Shown here: piece after piece, positions 34,450 to 39,574 of the stretch
How positions within the stretch are numbered: position 1 is the stretch's first letter
Layout of the letters: the number at the start of each line of letters is the position of its first letter
Assembly (NCBI GenBank): GCA_008632985.1
Contig: QPGO01000068.1
Location: forward strand, 378,570-418,143
Length of the DNA: 39,574 nt
Direction of reading: 5' to 3'
Origin: Psammoneis japonica
Lineage: Eukaryota
Program-made: the position numbers and the translations under genes
Notes under the pieces: model-generated
The model's input: the letters and a program-made list of their open reading frames with translations, nothing else
What the model was told of the DNA's origin: nothing
Databases searched by the model: none

Positions 34450-36689
34450 CTGCATCACAGATCAGAGCTGGAAGTCTTGTTGCTGGAATGAGCCAACAGA
34501 TGCAACCAACATGGAAGCTGTGTGTCAATTGCTTTCAACATTGGAGACTGCATGCAATCTAAAACACAAATTACATCCCAAGTTGTCTGCGCCAATGGAG
34601 CACGTGTTTTGTGTGTGACATTGAATTCTTGCATGCTTTCCCAGTCTTTGCACCACAACGATGCTTTTGGCATCCTCAACAATGTCCTCCTCAGTCTCAC
34701 CTTCACCCAAAATGCTGAGACAATCTTTGTCAACAACCCCAGAAAAAAGAACAACACCCTTGTTGATGTCCTTGTGCTGGCAGGATGAGACCTTGCATTT
34801 TCTGTTGACAGGGGGGGTTTGCTTGGAAGAAGTCATCTCATTGTGCCCACCTCAAAAAGTCCTCCCAAACCATCATCACAGCCACAATTCCTTCATTGTT
34901 TGTCAACAAAGCAGCAGTTGATGAGGTTGACATCCTTTTTGTGCCAGTGGTGGGACACAACCTTGTGTTTTTTGTCTGGGGTGGTGGCCTTGCTTCAAAG
35001 TGCTTGGCAGATTTTTGTGTGAGTCGTCACTTTGCTGGCAACCCACCAACAATTTGAATGGAACTTGCTTTGTTCAAGAAATCTTGCTCTGACGCAGGTG
35101 ACAACATCATCCACAACATGAGATTTTGCTGTTCTGGATCAGTTGTCTGGTGTTGCTCTCCATTCAAACCTGGAGCCACAAGACAGAAAGCTGTCTTCAG
35201 TGGCTCAAGAAGCACTGTGCTGCAGTCCATGAGGAGCGCCTGAGTCTGCCAAGGGAGCCAGTGGCAACAACAAGAGCAAGCACACCCACACTGAATGACG
35301 TGCAGTGTGTTTGCTGCAACATGCCTTGGTGTGGCCTGTGACATTGCAGCAGTTGATGCCTGCTGAGCAAATGAATCAAAAATGAAATGAGTGTCAACCA
35401 CATTGGCAGAAAAATGATGGCAACCAATGTGCTCTCAAGAAGGTTGCTCCAATTGAGGAGTGATGGCACACCTGACAACTGATCACACTCATCTCTGGTC
35501 TGTGGCCTGCAGATGGAGAAATGCTTTGGCATCACATTGGCACAATGAATGAGTGTGTTTTTGTGTGTGTCTTTGCCACATTTGCAACAGCCACAAATTC
35601 AAAATCTTGTGAGCTGACATGAAATGCAACGCCACTCCACACAGCATCATGCCATCCATCCATCTGTCCATCCAACCAGTTTTGCCATCAGCAAGGCATG
35701 TGCGGGGCACCAACAACCATTGCAGACATGGACAAAAAGATCAAGGATTCTTGCAAAACACTTTTCTGACTTCCAGCTGTTGTTTTGCATTTGGCAGTCA
35801 CTTGTTGTTCCCCTGTTGACTGAGATGGAGACTTGGTTGCCTGTTGCTGCTCTTGTTGTCTTGCCAAGTCAAGTTGATTGATGGTTTCCAACTCAACAGC
35901 TTGGTCTTTGCATCCCTTTCTTGCTCTGTCTCCAAGCACTCTGTGGCTGTTCTCTGCCACCTGCAAAACCAAGGCAAGCAACTTGGCATCTGACAGCCCA
36001 CCAAATCTGTGCTGTGTGCTGTTCATGCACACCTTTTTGACAACATCCCATTGCTCCATTGGCTCTGTTTTGTTCCCACATTGTCGCACTTTCTCTGTGC
36101 ACAAGTTTGTGCCCCACAAAACTCCCTCACATGTTTTCTCTTTGACAACAAATGCGTTGGGGGCAAACAACATTGCACTGTCAAATGTGTGACACCCTGC
36201 CATGTTGGCTTGGGCATTGTTTTCTTTGCCTTGTTCCAACAGCCAACCTGCATCTGTGCTGTTGCCACTGTCAATTTTGCCCAATGACAAGCCCTGTTTG
36301 TGTTGAGGCAAGCATGCATTTGCCCCAAAGACTCGACAAACAGTTGGCACACAAAGTGACAACAAACTTGCGCACCAACTCATTGTTGCCTTGACCCCTT
36401 TCCAGCTTGCCACAAACACTGCTTTGCAGCAGAGCACCGCTTCTTCCTCACAATGTCTGCTCTTGGTTTTTCCAAGAAACTTGCCGTGCCCTTTGTCAAC
36501 AAGCAACATCTGCTGCAGCAGCTCTCAAGCATGCCGCTGAATTCTTGCTGCTCTCTTGACTTCTCTTTTGTGGCAATGGCTGTGCCACATCCACATGACT
36601 TTGCACTTGGCTTGGGGCTGTCGGCGCAAGCATGCCCCAAAGCCTCCCATGACACCTGCTCCATGTCTGATGCCCAGCGTTTTTGCAAG

Positions 36690-37927
36690 TCTGCCAAGCT
36701 TGCCAAACTTGCCAAGCTTGTCAAACTCACCAAACTTGCCAAACTCAAAAACCCGCTAAACTTGAAAAACTCATCAAACTCGCCAAACCTGCCAAACTTG
36801 CCAAACTTGCCAAACTCGCCAAACTTGCCAAACTCACCAAACCCACCAAACTTGAAAAACTCATCAAACTCACCAAACCCGCCAAACTCACCAAACTTGC
36901 CGAACTTGCCAAACCCACCAAATTGGCCAAAATTGCCAAACTTGTCAAACCCGCCAAACTTGCCAAACTTGCCAAACCTGCCAAACTTGCCAAACTCACC
37001 AAACCCACCAAACTCGCCAAACTTGCCAAACTTGCCAAACCTGCCAAACCTGCCAAACTTGCCAAACCTGCCAAACCTGCCAAACCCGCCAAACTTGCCA
37101 AACTTGCCAAACCTGCCAAACTTGCCAAACCTGCCAAACTTGCCAAACTCACCAAACCCAACAAACTCGCCAAACTCACCAAACCTGCCAAACTCGTCAA
37201 ACCCGCCAAACTTGCCAAACTTGCCAAACCTGCCAAACTTGCCAAGCTCGCCAAACTTGCCAAACTTGCCAAATGTGCCAAACTTGCCAAACATGCCAAA
37301 CTTGCCAAACCTGCCAAACTTGCCAAACTCGCCAAACTTGCCAAACCTGCCAAACCTGCCAAACCCGCCAAACTTGCCAAACCTGCCAAACCCGCCAAAC
37401 TTGCCAAACTTGCCAAACCTGCCAAACTTGCCAAACTCACCAAACCCACCAAACTCGCCAAACTTTACAAACCTGCCAAACTTGCCAAACTTGCCAAACC
37501 CACCAAACTCACCAAACTTGAAAAACTTGGCAAACTTGCCAAATTTGTCAAACTTGGCAAACCCGCCAAACTCAAAAAACTTGCCAAACTTGCCAAGCTC
37601 AGCAAACTCAGCAAACTTGCCAAACTCACCAAACCCGCCAAACTTGCCAAACTCAGCAAACTTGCCAAACTTGCCAAACCTGCCAAACCAGCCAAACTTG
37701 GCAAAATTGCCAAACTTGCCAAACTCGCTGATCTTGCCAAACTTTGCAAAATCACCAAACTCACCAAACTTGCCAAACTTGCCAAACTCACCAAACTTGC
37801 CAAACTTGCCAAACTTGGGAAACTTGCCAAACTCACCAAACTTGGAAAGCTCATTGAACTTGCCAAATTTTTCAAACTTGGCAAACTCCCAAAACCCACC
37901 AAACTCAGCAAGCTCCCCGAACTTGGC
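36690..37927. repeat. 9-bp minisatellite, consensus TTGCCAAAC, about 135 units
   Basis: Units TTGCCAAAC, CTGCCAAAC, TCACCAAAC, TCGCCAAAC, CCGCCAAAC, CCACCAAAC in strict 9-nt phase. Confidence 0.95.
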
Positions 37928-37929
37928 AT

Positions 37930-38628
37930 TCTTGCACTTGCGAGGATCACTCTTGGACCACAAGCAGTGGAAGTCAGAAAACAGAAAGGTGCTCTGATGC
38001 TGTCACTCATCTTTTTATTTTGTGTGTGACTTTTCCTGCCAAGAAGCACATGCTGGCAAAACATCAAATTGCACTTGGGTGTGCAGTCACACGCAAAACA
38101 TTGAGCTGCATTTGGGGTCATGTGCAATCAAATCTTCCTGCACGTGTGCTCACATCACATGCAACAAAGAGCGTTTTTGGCAACACACAAATGTCTCAAC
38201 AAATGGGGAATGAGGCAGCAATGCCTCCCTTGTGAAAAACGTTTTTTGCACTTTTTCATGGATTTCTTGCACTTGCAGGAATCACCAAAAACCAAAACAT
38301 TCTGAAAAAGTTTTTCATGTGGGAAGTCTTGCCACCTCATTCACAATTTGTGTGGAAATTTACGTGTCGCCAAAAAAGCTCATCATTGCACATGACATGA
38401 ACACATGTGCAACAGGAGGAAGATTTGATTGTGCACAGCCCCAAATGCAGCTCAATGTTCCTTTTGCACATGGCCCTGAACAAAATTTGATGCTTTGCTG
38501 TTGTGTGCTTTTGTGGCGGAAAAGGCCACATCCAAACACAAGTGTGCACAAAAAGATCAATGGATTCTCACAGAACACTTTTCTGACTTCCACTTGTGGT
38601 TCAAGAGTTGTTCCTGCAAGTGCAAGAA
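37930..38628. repeat. Imperfect inverted repeat, arms ~37930-38220 and ~38330-38628
   Basis: ACATTGAGCTGCATTTGGGG..CAATCAAATCTTCCT vs AGGAAGATTTGATTG..CCCCAAATGCAGCTCAATGT; GTGGAAGTCAGAAAA vs TTTTCTGACTTCCAC; TTCTTGCACTTGC vs GCAAGTGCAAGAA. Confidence 0.8.
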
Positions 38629-39189
38629 ATCCTCTCTCTCTTGTGAAAAAGACATCTTTTGCAATGTGGCTTTGTGGAGCACAAGGTCAACAACTTCACC
38701 TCCAATCAGCACATGCCTTGCCCCAAAAATGAAGCAGCATGTCAAGAGCCAATGGATGTGAATGCCCTTGTTGTCTTGGACATGCTGAAAAGAACAACAT
38801 TTGAGGACAAGTTTGTGGACAAAGAAGACAATCATGCATGCTCTCCTTGCAGACTGTGGGATGACAAAAGCAGGAAAAAAGCAGAACAGAAAGGGAGCCA
38901 AAATTCAAAATTTGATTTGTGGTGCATGGCACACTGTGCAGTTTGCAAGTTGCCAAAAGACAATGACCTGACAACTCCAAAACAGAGCCTTGTGGATCTG
39001 AGGAAACTTGGCACCACCCAAAAGCCCAGCACTTCATGTTGTGATGCAAAGATTTGCAATGCACAGTGCTCTTTTTGTGATGACTGCAAGAAAGTGGTGT
39101 TGATGCAAGCAATTGGGGATGGAGCAACATGCACACCAGTTTGCATTTGGCAACAGAGCATTTTGTTGATTTTCAGCTGGCACTGGAGC

Positions 39190-39574
39190 ATTGTTTAGAG
39201 GCATCTTTGTCCATGGTGTGGATGGTGGTGTTGGTGTTGAGCACCCATGTGCCCCAAATCAGGTCATGATCATTGTCAGGAAGTTGCTTCTCTTGCCCAA
39301 TCCTCTCACCTTTGGACCTGCACAGAAATGGATTTTCCAAACCATGCCACCTGCCAACATTTCAAATTGTGACAATGTTGGCATCACAGCAATGAGCCCA
39401 CTGTGCTGCAGATCTTCTGATGGAATGACTGGAGCACACACCAAGACCAGCAGCCTCAAACAACTTCTTCAACTGTCTCACAAATGTTGAAGACCCAACC
39501 TTGCTTGCTGTTGGGCACATCAACTTGTGACCACAAAGCTCCCAATGCTTCATCAACCAGTGGATGGGGCAAAC
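39190..39574 (-). pseudogene. Tyrosine recombinase C-terminal remnant (Crypton/DIRS-like); truncated by window edge
   Basis: LKKLFEAAGLGVCSSHSIRRSAAQWA...I*NVGRWHGLENPFLCRSKG: HxxR box, GRW, and the expected catalytic Tyr position reads TGC (39320-39322). Confidence 0.7.

Larger units (their letters stand above)
21380..34484 (-). mobile_element. Ty1/Copia LTR retrotransposon 2, full length, heavily decayed; 5' LTR split by Copia 3
   Basis: Paired ~397-bp LTRs, PBS-like and PPT sites, and gag, integrase, RT and RNase H remnants in Copia order. No clean TSD found. Confidence 0.88.

Noticed and set aside
21375..34489. TSD for Copia 2
   Set aside because: Flanks GAGAG and GGAAT do not match convincingly.
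36690..37927. CRISPR array or telomere
   Set aside because: No unique spacers or cas genes; the unit is not TTAGGG-like and the array is internal.
36380..38127. Long KFG/LPN/LAK/ASL repeat ORFs as real genes
   Set aside because: A stop-free 9-bp repeat is open in most frames; nothing singles out one frame.
2700..39574. Hundreds of 60-300 aa ORFs in all six frames
   Set aside because: Artefact of TAA/TAG loss; Cys/His/Gln-rich, Tyr-poor and mostly without recognisable domains.
1..39574. Classical fungal RIP or an alternative genetic code as the explanation
   Set aside because: RIP increases TpA and creates stops, the opposite of what is seen. Recoding is excluded because non-coding LTRs show the same changes and the intact gene uses Tyr codons normally.

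Overview
Eukaryotic, most likely diatom-type, repeat-rich DNA. It holds three Ty1/Copia LTR retrotransposons: a 3' fragment at 1-1996, an old decayed element at 21380-34484, and a younger element nested in its 5' LTR at 27618-34449. There is one near-intact gene, a secreted Pro/Ser-repeat protein with bacterial-type C-terminal domains (6562-9917, minus, one frameshift). Decayed host-type genes (LRR, FKBP PPIase, membrane proteins, a second Pro/Ser-repeat gene), a 9-bp minisatellite, an inverted repeat and a tyrosine-recombinase remnant make up the rest. The dominant signal is a strand-symmetric hypermutation that removes TpA (TA->TG or CA; Tyr->Cys/His; TAG->CAG), the opposite direction to fungal RIP. 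It affects nearly everything except a ~4.5-kb gene island, and older regions also show CpG decay. The nested Copia has unusual CG...CG termini, a 4-bp TSD, a candidate gag-pol stop-readthrough site and a chromo-like domain. All calls are from reading the sequence by eye; no searches were run.
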